Part shown: positions 47,456 to 56,506 of the stretch, one piece after another
How the letters are laid out: each line of letters opens with the position of its first letter
Numbering within the stretch: the first letter of the stretch is position 1
NCBI GenBank assembly: GCA_016215115.1
Contig: JACRLN010000024.1
Coordinates: 35,337-99,336 of the forward strand
Length of the DNA stretch: 64,000 nucleotides
Reading direction: 5' to 3'
From: Nitrospirota bacterium
GTDB lineage: Bacteria > Nitrospirota > Thermodesulfovibrionia > UBA6902
Notes under the pieces: generated by a model
Databases searched by the model: none
Seen by the model: only the letters and a program-made list of their open reading frames with translations
What the model was told of the DNA's origin: nothing
Program-made: the position numbers and the translations under genes

Positions 47456-47850
47456 ATCTCATTCTCCTTTGGTGGGATATGGCACGACCAGCAGTAAGGT
47501 TTTACATTTGCATAGTTGTGGCACTTGTCACAGAATTCCTTTTTGTTGGAATGACAGTGCATGCATGTATTCTGAAGGCTCATTATATATTTTTTTCCGC
47601 CCGTGCTTTCGTATACCAAATTTCCTTCGCGTATAACCAGATCTCTCCAGTTATCCAAAAGCTGCATGTGGTTGGCCCTCATATATTCTTTTGATTCCAC
47701 ACAGCGTTTTTCGACTAACTGTTTAATCACAGGGGTATCGAGTTTTGGTTCAGGCATGGCAGATGTTTTCCCCATGTTATAAAAAATGGGGAATGTAAAC
47801 AGACCGACAAATATGATAAGCCCTGCTATTATCTTTCCTCCGTTATACAT
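47452..47850 (-). CDS. dsrJ: DsrJ, membrane-anchored triheme cytochrome c
   Basis: N-terminal signal/anchor helix and three CxxCH motifs (CMHCH, CDKCH, CWSCH). 132 aa. Confidence 0.8.
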   Translation of the reverse strand: MYNGGKIIAGLIIFVGLFTFPIFYNMGKTSAMPEPKLDTPVIKQLVEKRCVESKEYMRANHMQLLDNWRDLVIREGNLVYESTGGKKYIMSLQNTCMHCHSNKKEFCDKCHNYANVKPYCWSCHIPPKENEI

Positions 47851-49460
47851 TATTCATTGCCCTCCATTCCGGGAAGAGGATCTCCTCGCAGATCTGTGGT
47901 CCTCTCTTTCTCGCCCTTCATAATCATTGCATTTGCTACGAGTTCGTGAACTCCCGTAACTTTTACGCCGGGGACCCAGTAATCCATCGAGGCCGTCAGC
48001 ACCGCCCTGTCGATCGCGCAGATATTTGCGAGCATATTGACGCCATATTTTTCCGCAACGTCTTTTACGGCATTGGCCCTTGGCAATCCCCCTCTCATTC
48101 TGATCTCCATGTTCTCACCTGCGTTCAGTCCTGAACCGCTTCCGCAGCAGAATGTCTTCTCTCTGGTTGTGAGCTCGTCCATTTCGTAGAAATGATTGCA
48201 TACGTTATTGATAATGTAACGGGGTTCTTCAAAGAGTCCCATGCCTCTTGCGGTATTGCAGGAATCATGGAAAGTCACCTTCAGGTTATCATTGCGTTTC
48301 GGGTCCAGTTTCAGTTTCCCGTTTTTAATAAGGTCCGCTGTAAATTCGGCAACGTGCACCATCTTGGTTGATTTTGTATTCTCAAATACCGTGCCGGTTA
48401 TTGGAGACTTCGGCACTTCAAGGAAATCTGCCGGGCCGTTCCATGTATCCATGTACTGGTTGAGGACCCTCCACATATGGCCGCATTCTCCGCCTAATAT
48501 CCACTTTACGCCGAGCCTCCTGGCTTCGGCATATATTTTAGTGTTCAACCGTTTTGCCAGCTCATTGGAAGTAAAGAACCCGAAGTTCCCGCCTTCCGAT
48601 GCGTATGTGCTCCATGTATAATCAAGCCCTAATTCATGGAAGAGCATAAGATATCCCATGCAGGTATAGGTCCCGGGATCCGCGAAAAGATCGCCGGAAG
48701 GTGTTACAAAAAGTATCTCGGCGCCTTTCCTGTTAAATGTCGGTTCAATCTTAATTCCGGTTACGGTTTCGATATCATCCAGCATATAACTCAGATTGCC
48801 CACAATCGTGTGGGGTTCAAGGCCGAGGTGATTGCCCTTCATATAACAATTTGCCGCAGGTCCGGATATCCAGTCAGTGTTTAAACCGAGCAGATTGAGC
48901 AGTTCCCTCCCCATCATAGTAATCTCGGCGGTATCAATCCCGTAAGGGCAAAATACCGAACAGCGGCGGCACTCGGTACACTGGAAGAAATAGTACCACC
49001 ACTCTTTAAGAACTGACAGTGTAAGCGGTCTTGCTCCGGCAATTTTTCCAAGTATCTTGCCCGCTGTTGTAAAATTGCCCCTGTAGACCGAACGGAGGAG
49101 TTCCGCCCTTAGAACCGGCATATTTTTTGGATCTCCGGAGCCGATAAAGAAGTGGCACTTATCTGCACAAGCTCCGCATCTTACACAGATATCCATGAAG
49201 ACTTTGAAAGAACGGTATTTATCAAGCCTCTCCCTCATACCCTGCAGAACTATTTCCTGCCAGTTTTCAGGCAGCTTCCAGTCCTCGTCCTGCACCCTCC
49301 ACTCTCTGGGATTCGGGAAGTGAAGTGTTTCAAGATTTTTCGGCTTTGCCCCATAGCACCAGTTGCCCTCTTTCAGTTCAGCGGGAGTGTCCATCCAGGC
49401 GCTTTGAGGCGGTGTGTAATTTATTTTGCTCAGTTCATCTGGTTTCGGTGTCTTTGCCAT
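47850..49460 (-). CDS. dsrK: DsrK, HdrD-like catalytic Fe-S subunit (CCG domains)
   Basis: N-terminal ferredoxin-like clusters (CVRCGACADKC, CTECRRCSVFCP) and a C-terminal CCG motif (FCCGSGSGLNAG). Confidence 0.85.
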   Translation of the reverse strand: MAKTPKPDELSKINYTPPQSAWMDTPAELKEGNWCYGAKPKNLETLHFPNPREWRVQDEDWKLPENWQEIVLQGMRERLDKYRSFKVFMDICVRCGACADKCHFFIGSGDPKNMPVLRAELLRSVYRGNFTTAGKILGKIAGARPLTLSVLKEWWYYFFQCTECRRCSVFCPYGIDTAEITMMGRELLNLLGLNTDWISGPAANCYMKGNHLGLEPHTIVGNLSYMLDDIETVTGIKIEPTFNRKGAEILFVTPSGDLFADPGTYTCMGYLMLFHELGLDYTWSTYASEGGNFGFFTSNELAKRLNTKIYAEARRLGVKWILGGECGHMWRVLNQYMDTWNGPADFLEVPKSPITGTVFENTKSTKMVHVAEFTADLIKNGKLKLDPKRNDNLKVTFHDSCNTARGMGLFEEPRYIINNVCNHFYEMDELTTREKTFCCGSGSGLNAGENMEIRMRGGLPRANAVKDVAEKYGVNMLANICAIDRAVLTASMDYWVPGVKVTGVHELVANAMIMKGEKERTTDLRGDPLPGMEGNE

Positions 49461-49462
49461 AT

Positions 49463-50455
49463 TTACTCCTTCTCAACTGGTAGTCCAGCGTTTTTCATTT
49501 TATCTCTGAATTCATCTTCATACTCTTGATACGTATGAACCTCAACCGGATAATTCCATGGATTAACATGCCTGACCATACGACTGTTATTGGGAAGATT
49601 CCGTGTCGGGCTGAGCAATACCCCTCCAAGATGCATTATCTTACTGTACGGAATATAAGCAATCAATGTGCTGACGAGTAACAGGTGGATATAAAATATA
49701 ACGCTTATTCCCTCAGGAATCTTGGTATTAAAAGTAACCAGCCCCATTGTCAAAGTTTTTATGCTGACCAAATCCACTCTCAGAAAATACCTCATCAGGA
49801 TGCCGGTAATGGCAATGCTCATAATAAGGAAAAGCGGGAAATAATCAGCGGCAAGAGAAATATAACGGACTTGCGGGACAAAAACCCTTCTCAGAAAAAG
49901 ATAGGTTACAGCTAATAGAAGAACTACCCCGCTTATCAGTACCCCGGGTATTCCTACTTGTAAAAATCCGTCAAGGGCCTCAACGTTCTTCAGAAAGGCA
50001 GGAACCGGTTCAGTAAATAGCCTTATATGTCTTACCAACACAATAAAAAACGACCAGTGGAACGCAAGGCCTCCCAGCCAAAGCCATTTTGTCGATCCGT
50101 AAGAGAGCTTCGGGCCTTCTCTTAATTCAAATTTTGTATTGCTGAAAAGGGATCGGAACAATAAAACTTCAAGGAGCATCCTTCCGACAACTCCAGAGGT
50201 TGTTGAGGGATTGTCAAGTTTGGACTGCTTAATCCATGGCAGGGACTGTTGCTGACCGCAGGTGGTTGGTATACAAAAAGGCACCGGCACGCGTCCCCAT
50301 TTCATGACGCGGGAAATTACTCCAATCAGAAAAACAATAATTGCAATATACGGAACAACTATCCCGAAGAGGAAATGAAGGTTTGCCCCCTTGACTCCTA
50401 TTAAAGGAATTAAAACAAGCCCTATAACAGCTATCAGGGAAAGAATGGCATTCAT
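49463..50455 (-). CDS. dsrM: DsrM, NarI/HdrE-like membrane dihaem cytochrome b
   Basis: 330 aa, 5-6 TM helices, conserved His residues in the helices. Immediately upstream of dsrK. Confidence 0.75.
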   Translation of the reverse strand: MNAILSLIAVIGLVLIPLIGVKGANLHFLFGIVVPYIAIIVFLIGVISRVMKWGRVPVPFCIPTTCGQQQSLPWIKQSKLDNPSTTSGVVGRMLLEVLLFRSLFSNTKFELREGPKLSYGSTKWLWLGGLAFHWSFFIVLVRHIRLFTEPVPAFLKNVEALDGFLQVGIPGVLISGVVLLLAVTYLFLRRVFVPQVRYISLAADYFPLFLIMSIAITGILMRYFLRVDLVSIKTLTMGLVTFNTKIPEGISVIFYIHLLLVSTLIAYIPYSKIMHLGGVLLSPTRNLPNNSRMVRHVNPWNYPVEVHTYQEYEDEFRDKMKNAGLPVEKE

Positions 50456-51021
50456 TTGGCTACCTCTTTTCTTTCAAATTGTATTATTTCATTATGGATG
50501 TCTTCATAGACACATTCCTTCTTGTATATCTCATCTGCCTTCTGCAATCTCCTGAAGGTCCAGCTTTGCAATTCATTTGCTTTTATCTGGTAAAGTTTTT
50601 CACGGCATTTCATGTAGATATCAAAGGCGAGGAGAGATATATCGTCTATTTTCAGCTCAAGCTCAAGCAGTTCAGTGTAAAGATTCTGTTCAATGAGTTC
50701 TTCTTTAATCTCTTCTCTGACCGCTTTTTTAAATAAAATGACAAAACTTATACATTGGGATGGGGTAAATTCCTGTACTGCCCGGATTCGAATAATATTG
50801 TCAAGGAACTGAGAAACCCCCTCCCTCTCACCACCAATAAGGATTTCATTATAGAGATTCTCAATTCCTTGGAATATCGTGCAACCCACAGGATTCAGAA
50901 ATGGGTTTTTCTGTTGTTTCAGGAAACCTGAAGTGTCAGATGGATAGGTGTTGAGGATGGCATCATACCATCTGTTCAAGACAGCAGACTTTTTCGCTGA
51001 TAGAAGGTTATTTAACTTCAT
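50452..51021 (-). CDS. hypothetical protein at the DsrT position (between dsrC and dsrM)
   Basis: 189 aa, soluble and alpha-helical. Translationally coupled to dsrM (4-bp overlap). The DsrT/RsbRD_N-like assignment is inference from position only. Confidence 0.4.
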   Translation of the reverse strand: MKLNNLLSAKKSAVLNRWYDAILNTYPSDTSGFLKQQKNPFLNPVGCTIFQGIENLYNEILIGGEREGVSQFLDNIIRIRAVQEFTPSQCISFVILFKKAVREEIKEELIEQNLYTELLELELKIDDISLLAFDIYMKCREKLYQIKANELQSWTFRRLQKADEIYKKECVYEDIHNEIIQFERKEVAK

Positions 51022-51114
51022 CTCGTGCCTCTATCTTACACAGGGCATTACAATCCTGTACCCTTCAGGTTTAAAGGTTCTTTAAAAAAGATTTTAATTA
51101 TTTAAAGGGTAATA

Positions 51115-51450
51115 TTATACGCAACCAGTCGGCTTTGGCAGCCCGGCATACCTACATGCCTGTTTTGCAGGACCTGCCGGATACAGTTCATAAAGATATT
51201 TTGTATTCCCCTTTTCCGGACCCATAACTTTTCCAATCTCTTTGGTAAGTATCTTAATCATTGGAGCTATCTGATATTTCGCAAAATAATCTCTGAGGAA
51301 TTTGATAACTTCCCAATGTGAATCAGTCAATTCAAGACCGTCATCCTGTGACATTTTCTTGGCAATGTTTTCATTCCATTCCTGCCAGTCCTGTAAATAT
51401 CCGTCCTCATCTACCTCATAGTTTTTCCCATCAACTTCTATAGTTGCCAT
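51115..51450 (-). CDS. dsrC: DsrC (TusE/DsrC family sulfur relay protein)
   Basis: 111 aa ending ...QACRYAGLPKPTGCV, the diagnostic DsrC C-terminal arm with two Cys 10 residues apart and penultimate Cys-Val. Confidence 0.9.
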   Translation of the reverse strand: MATIEVDGKNYEVDEDGYLQDWQEWNENIAKKMSQDDGLELTDSHWEVIKFLRDYFAKYQIAPMIKILTKEIGKVMGPEKGNTKYLYELYPAGPAKQACRYAGLPKPTGCV

Positions 51451-51591
51451 TTTTGTACTCCTTTCTTCTTAATGTATTTGGTATCTTCTATTTCAAACGG
51501 AAGATATTTGTAATGGTTAAACTGGAAAACAGGGTAAAACTATAATACATAACACTGTTACAGGTCAAATAAAAAAATCTTATAAAAACAT

Positions 51592-51924
51592 TTACAAATT
51601 TTTCAACCTCACAAAAATCAGCTTGCCTGTCCTTCCTCTTTTGTCCTCTCTTCTGCTTATTGTATTTGTATGAGTATCATAATCGAGCGTCTCCTCTTCA
51701 TAATCCTCCGGCATCAACGTTAATGCCTTATCAATATCGCCCTTGCATAAAAAAGTCAAAGCATCCAGACATATCTCTCCAAGGTTATGCCCTCTGCGGT
51801 CTAATACATACACTGCCCTGCATGTACATATGCCGCCGGTAATCTCAAGTGATTTAATACGAATGTCAACAGGGTTTGCCAGATAATTATCACAAAATGG
51901 ACATTGTAAAGGTTGTCTTCTCAT
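51592..51924 (-). CDS. small cysteine-containing hypothetical protein (CPFC ... CTC ... C...C)
   Basis: 110 aa with an N-terminal zinc-ribbon-like CPFCDN ... GGICTCRAV. Wedged between dsrN and dsrC, overlapping the dsrN stop. Confidence 0.4.
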   Translation of the reverse strand: MRRQPLQCPFCDNYLANPVDIRIKSLEITGGICTCRAVYVLDRRGHNLGEICLDALTFLCKGDIDKALTLMPEDYEEETLDYDTHTNTISRREDKRGRTGKLIFVRLKNL

Positions 51925-53546
51925 GGTTTTATCGAGGTATCCTTAAACTTCCTTGCACATCTCACCAACCCATCCGCCCATTCAGGCGCTCCAATTGCAT
52001 GAAGATGTGTATATGCAGCCAATACATTTTTGTAGCACATTCCGTCTTTGCCATCTACGATACCCTTCCCGCGTCTGACGTTGAATGCAAAATATATTTG
52101 CTCTGAAAATCCCCCTACATCCCCCATTGTAGGGGCGACCCGGCGAGTCGCCCCTACGGTTGAGAGGGGATCTATTTCAAGAACTCGCGAATAATGAAAC
52201 TCATGTCCCTTAAGAACGGTCTTATCGGGAAAGTATTGATTAGCTTTTTCAACCTCAACAATTGTATAACCATGCGCCTGCGGTTTTTTCTCAAGCCCAA
52301 AAGTTATCGGAAGGGCGCCAACCATCGGATATGTCTTGTTGCCTAAAACAAGACTTTTACCAAGATACATCAGCCCGCCGCATTCGGCATATACAGGAAG
52401 CCCGTCCTGAATTGCATCAAACAATGAATTCCTGAAACTTATATTATCAGCCAATGCTATCGCATGTGTTTCAGGGAAACCTCCGCCCATGTAAAGCGCG
52501 TCTATTTCGGGAAGTTTTGTTTCTCTCAGAGGGCTCACTTCGATCAGACTGGCTCCCCTTTTCTCAAGCTCTTCAAAATTCTCCTGGTAGTAAAATTGAA
52601 AAGCAGAATCTCGGATGATACCGATTTTGACTACGGAGCTGGAAGTTGGAGGTTGGGGGTTAGCTTGACCCTTGACACTAATCCCTAATCCCTTATCCCT
52701 TATCCCTGTCTCCAGAGGAGACGCTTCATTGGCAATTTTCAATACTTGATCGATATCAATATATTTCTCTCCTATGTCAGCAACTAATGCCAAAGATTCT
52801 TCAACGTCCTGCCGTTCCTGGAAAGGGGTTAAGCCCATATGCCTTTCAGGAAAAGGGTCTTTCTTTAATCTTGGGATGGCGCCCACCACAGGCAATTTAC
52901 ACCTTTTTTCTATTGCTTTTTTTATCAGGGTCTCCTGCCTGTTTGTCGCAATCTGGTTAAGAACGATACCACCTATTGCAACATCTGCATCCATCTGCTG
53001 GCATCCCAGGACCATTGCGGCAATTGTATTGGTTGCCTTTGTGCAGTCAACAATAATTATTACCGGAGTTTTTAATAATTTGGCCAGTTCAGCGGTGCTA
53101 TAAGTGCCCTCATCATCAACTCCGTCAAACAAGCCCCTATTACCTTCGATGATGGCAATCTGAGTGGAGAGTGGAGAGTTTGGAGTTAGGAGTTCGGATT
53201 CTTTGATTTTGGATTTCAGATTTCGAATTTCGGATCTCAATTCTGTCTTACTTTTGCACTTCTGCACTTTTGCACTTCTGTACTTATCATATGTATGCGA
53301 GATAAAAGACCCAAGCGCCTGCTCCGGCTTCATCATGAAGAGGTCCAGATTGTAACATGGAGTCCCGGCCGTCTTTGCAAGCCAGCCCGCGTCAATATAA
53401 TCAGGCCCTTTCTTAAAAGGTGTAACAAGCAAGCCTCTTTTTCTGAATAAAGAAACAAGACATAAAGAAAGGATAGTCTTTCCGCTCCCACCCCTGAGAC
53501 CGGAAACAACTATCCTTGGTATTGAGAAATTCTGTGATTGGGTCAT
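51921..53546 (-). CDS. dsrN: DsrN, cobyrinic acid a,c-diamide synthase (CbiA/CobB) homolog, putative sirohaem amidase
   Basis: P-loop (VVSGLRGGSGKT), a CobB/CbiA ATPase domain and a C-terminal class-I amidotransferase-like domain (GHEFHYS ... YTHLHAIG). Carries three in-frame repeat-derived segments (52107-52172, 52640-52720, 53160-53290). Confidence 0.8.
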   Translation of the reverse strand: MTQSQNFSIPRIVVSGLRGGSGKTILSLCLVSLFRKRGLLVTPFKKGPDYIDAGWLAKTAGTPCYNLDLFMMKPEQALGSFISHTYDKYRSAKVQKCKSKTELRSEIRNLKSKIKESELLTPNSPLSTQIAIIEGNRGLFDGVDDEGTYSTAELAKLLKTPVIIIVDCTKATNTIAAMVLGCQQMDADVAIGGIVLNQIATNRQETLIKKAIEKRCKLPVVGAIPRLKKDPFPERHMGLTPFQERQDVEESLALVADIGEKYIDIDQVLKIANEASPLETGIRDKGLGISVKGQANPQPPTSSSVVKIGIIRDSAFQFYYQENFEELEKRGASLIEVSPLRETKLPEIDALYMGGGFPETHAIALADNISFRNSLFDAIQDGLPVYAECGGLMYLGKSLVLGNKTYPMVGALPITFGLEKKPQAHGYTIVEVEKANQYFPDKTVLKGHEFHYSRVLEIDPLSTVGATRRVAPTMGDVGGFSEQIYFAFNVRRGKGIVDGKDGMCYKNVLAAYTHLHAIGAPEWADGLVRCARKFKDTSIKP

Positions 53547-53571
53547 TAATTAATTTAACAAAGGCGCACAA

Positions 53572-53670
53572 AAAATTTCCCCCCTTTAAAAAAGGGGGGC
53601 AAGGGGGGATTTTCAAGAAACATATTTTTCTCAAAATCTCCCCTAACCCCTCTTTGTCAAAGAGGGGCAT
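53572..53670. repeat. Family A MITE-like repeat, copy 3 (two tandem sub-units)
   Basis: AAAATTTCCCCCCTTTAAAAAAGGGGGGCAAGGGGGGATTTT ... AAAATCTCCCCTAACCCCTCTTTGTCAAAGAGGGG. Between dsrD and dsrN. Confidence 0.8.
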
Positions 53671-53697
53671 CAAGGCTTAATGACAAATTTTATGTAC

Positions 53698-53946
53698 TTA
53701 CTTAATAAGCCCTTTTTCTCTGAGGTATTCTTCGCTCGGAATTTCAACAGAGCTGGCGCCTCCGCCGTAAGAATACATGAGCCTTCCGACATCAATCATT
53801 CCCCTCAGGGCTTTTTTAACTGCATCAGGAGCCTCTGCTGTCTCCTCAGCGAGGGCCTTGATAACATCTTTTTCTTTGAGTTTTTTCTTACCCTTCATCT
53901 TTTCCATATAAGCGAAGATCTTGTCTTGTAATTCTGTTGTTTCCAT
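53698..53946 (-). CDS. dsrD: DsrD (small winged-helix protein of the reductive dsr operon)
   Basis: 82 aa, Lys-rich (MEKMKGKKKLKEKDVIKALAEE ... VKKALRGMIDVGRL), immediately downstream of dsrB. Confidence 0.8.
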   Translation of the reverse strand: METTELQDKIFAYMEKMKGKKKLKEKDVIKALAEETAEAPDAVKKALRGMIDVGRLMYSYGGGASSVEIPSEEYLREKGLIK

Positions 53947-53966
53947 ATCCTCACCTCTTTCTATTT

Positions 53967-54000
53967 TTTGTAGGGGCGACCCGCCGGGTCGCCCCTACAT
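53967..54000. repeat. Family C perfect palindrome TGTAGGGGCGACCCGCCGGGTCGCCCCTACA
   Basis: Seen directly between dsrB and dsrD. Confidence 0.85.
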
Positions 54001-54012
54001 GCCTGTGATTAA

Positions 54013-55089
54013 TTATCTTGAATACTTGAATGCTGCCGATGTCCTGAATGTATCTCTTGCGAAAGTGAAATCGTCAATATGCTGGAATGTGAACTCGATT
54101 CCGGTCAGATTGAAGAAGTCTTCCCATCCTATCCTCTCAATCCATTCGCCAACTCTTTCATGCTTCCTTGCATTTTTTGCATATACCTCAAGGATATTCT
54201 TTATTGCAGCAACAACCTTGGGCCATCTCGGCGGTTCATTGTAAAAGAACGGGATTGCCAGTTTCGAGAACTTCGGATTTGTTCTGAGACTGCCGATCTT
54301 TCCGCCCACCACTATCGCCACGCCATCTTCTTCCGGCTTGTGAATGTCAATCGGCGGACATACGGTGAAGCAGTTTCCGCAGTACATGCATTTATCCTCA
54401 TTGATTGTTACTGATTTGTCTTTCGGATTGGGTCTGATTGCCGATGTCGGACACGATGCGACTGTTGTCGGAATCTCACATACTTTAGGCACAAGTTCAT
54501 GATTGATTGTCGGCACTTTTCTGTGCACGGCAACTACAGCTATATCAGAACAGTGAACAGCGCCGCACATGTTAACGCAGCATGCAACTGCAAGCCTTAC
54601 TTTATTGGGCAGTTCTTTTGTTGTGAAATATTCATAGAGATCATCCATTATCGCCTTTACCAATCCTGAGGCATCGGTACAAGCGCTGTGGCAGTGTACC
54701 CATCCCTGTGTATGGACTACGTTACTGACTCTCGGTCCGATACCGCCAACTGAATATTTTTTTGCCTTCAGTTCTGCTACAAGAGGATCTACCTTGCTCT
54801 GGTCGGACACGAGAAATTCCACGTTGTTTCTTGTTGTGAAACGGAGGTATCCGTCACAGTATTTCTCTGACATATCGCAGATTTCACGGATAGTCTCGGT
54901 GCTTAAAATCCTTGGTGATGCAACCCTTACCGTATAAAGCTTATCGCCGCTTTCTGCAACATGCACCATTGTGCCGCCGCTCAAAACCTCATGATATTTC
55001 CATTTGCCGTAGTTTTTCTTTATTACAGGCGGTATAAACTGATCATATTTAGGTGGTCCAATATCTGTTTGTCTTTTTGGTAATGCCAT
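54013..55089 (-). CDS. dsrB: dissimilatory sulfite reductase beta subunit
   Basis: 358 aa. Sirohaem/[4Fe-4S] Cys motifs ([21 protein letters not shown]) and a ferredoxin-like insert ([10 protein letters not shown] ... [12 protein letters not shown]). Confidence 0.9.
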   Translation of the reverse strand: MALPKRQTDIGPPKYDQFIPPVIKKNYGKWKYHEVLSGGTMVHVAESGDKLYTVRVASPRILSTETIREICDMSEKYCDGYLRFTTRNNVEFLVSDQSKVDPLVAELKAKKYSVGGIGPRVSNVVHTQGWVHCHSACTDASGLVKAIMDDLYEYFTTKELPNKVRLAVACCVNMCGAVHCSDIAVVAVHRKVPTINHELVPKVCEIPTTVASCPTSAIRPNPKDKSVTINEDKCMYCGNCFTVCPPIDIHKPEEDGVAIVVGGKIGSLRTNPKFSKLAIPFFYNEPPRWPKVVAAIKNILEVYAKNARKHERVGEWIERIGWEDFFNLTGIEFTFQHIDDFTFARDTFRTSAAFKYSR

Positions 55090-55124
55090 GTATTTATTCC
55101 TCCTATTTTTATTTTATTAATTAT

Positions 55125-56309
55125 TTATTTTTTGAAATCGCTTTCTGACCAGAAGAAGAACGGGTCTTTTCTCGGCTCTTTAACCTGCTGTGGCTGAGGC
55201 GGCACACCAATGTGCTCAAGGAAAGGCCTCAAGCCTTTTATTTCAAGAACCTCGCCGATTCTCTCTCTTGGTTTTGCGGTATCATCCCACCATTCAATCA
55301 TGCTGCGGATAAGGGTCTTCAATTCTGTGTATGGCGCCTCCACTTTTATAAATGGAACGATTACCCAGGAAAGCAATGAACCGACAACAATCGGAGCCTT
55401 ACTGCCAACAAGAAGGGTTGCGCCTTTTTCCTTACCTGGTCTTAGCGCCTTTGTCATCTTTGCTATACAATGCATGCACCTGTTGCATTGAACGTCATTA
55501 ATCTTGAGTGTCTTTCCATCGTAAGACATACATTCGGTAGGACACATGTCAATTATCTCTGCATTGATATTCATGCCTGAGTCTGCATACTTTTTCACTT
55601 CTGCCTGATCAATCTGGATATTGCCTTTCCAGGTACCGATGATGGACAGGTCTGCACGGGCAATAGCTGCAACGCAGTCAACTGCGCAGCCGGCTGTCTT
55701 GATTTTAAATTTATAAGGGAATGCCGGCCTGTGAAGTTCATCCTGGAATTCCTGTGTGAGTGCGTATGTAATATCAAGTGTGTCTATACAGGACCATTCG
55801 CAGCGGCCCGGGCCAACGCAGCAACTTGGGGTCCTCATTGCAGAACCTGAACCTCCGAGATCCCATCCGCGTGAAGAATACTCAGCAAAAATGGCTTCGA
55901 GATTTTCAGTCGTGGTCCCGAGAAGAACCAGGTCACCGGTGGAGCCATGCATATTTGTAAGTCCGCTTCCGTATTTATCCCAGATGTCGCAGATCATCTT
56001 TAATGCTTTTGCAGTATAGAAGAAACCGCTTGTCTGGTTAATTCTTACAGTATGAAACTGTGCAATACCGGGGAATTCTTCAGGTAAAGACGAATATCTG
56101 CCGATTACGCCGCCCCCGTAACCGAGAACGCCGACTATTCCGCCGTGTTTCCAGTATCCGCGTTTTGTCTTATACGATTTTTCAAGCTGGCCTAATTCAT
56201 CATCTGCCATTGAGCTTTTTTTCGCAGCCTTTTTTATTTCTGTAACGAAACTCGGCCACGGTCCTTTTTCAAGCTCGTCCAACATTGGTGTTTTATACTT
56301 CCCGCTCAT
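55125..56309 (-). CDS. dsrA: dissimilatory sulfite reductase alpha subunit
   Basis: 394 aa. Sulfite-reductase Cys motifs (PSCCVGPGRCEWSC, TAGCAVDCVAA) and a ferredoxin-like domain (CPTECM ... CNRCMHCIAKM). Confidence 0.9.
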   Translation of the reverse strand: MSGKYKTPMLDELEKGPWPSFVTEIKKAAKKSSMADDELGQLEKSYKTKRGYWKHGGIVGVLGYGGGVIGRYSSLPEEFPGIAQFHTVRINQTSGFFYTAKALKMICDIWDKYGSGLTNMHGSTGDLVLLGTTTENLEAIFAEYSSRGWDLGGSGSAMRTPSCCVGPGRCEWSCIDTLDITYALTQEFQDELHRPAFPYKFKIKTAGCAVDCVAAIARADLSIIGTWKGNIQIDQAEVKKYADSGMNINAEIIDMCPTECMSYDGKTLKINDVQCNRCMHCIAKMTKALRPGKEKGATLLVGSKAPIVVGSLLSWVIVPFIKVEAPYTELKTLIRSMIEWWDDTAKPRERIGEVLEIKGLRPFLEHIGVPPQPQQVKEPRKDPFFFWSESDFKK

Positions 56310-56506
56310 GTATACCTCCTTTTGATTTTTGCCCTTGTAATCTTACAAGAGAATATTTTGCATAGAACTATAAAAAACTGTCCCTTTTTATAGACTTTTT
56401 TCTTGAACTTAGGGTAGAACAGGAAAAAATGGTTTATTACATTAATACAACTTTTATTTTAACGTCAAATAAAAAAATTTAATTAAAACATCATTGATGC
56501 TTATTT

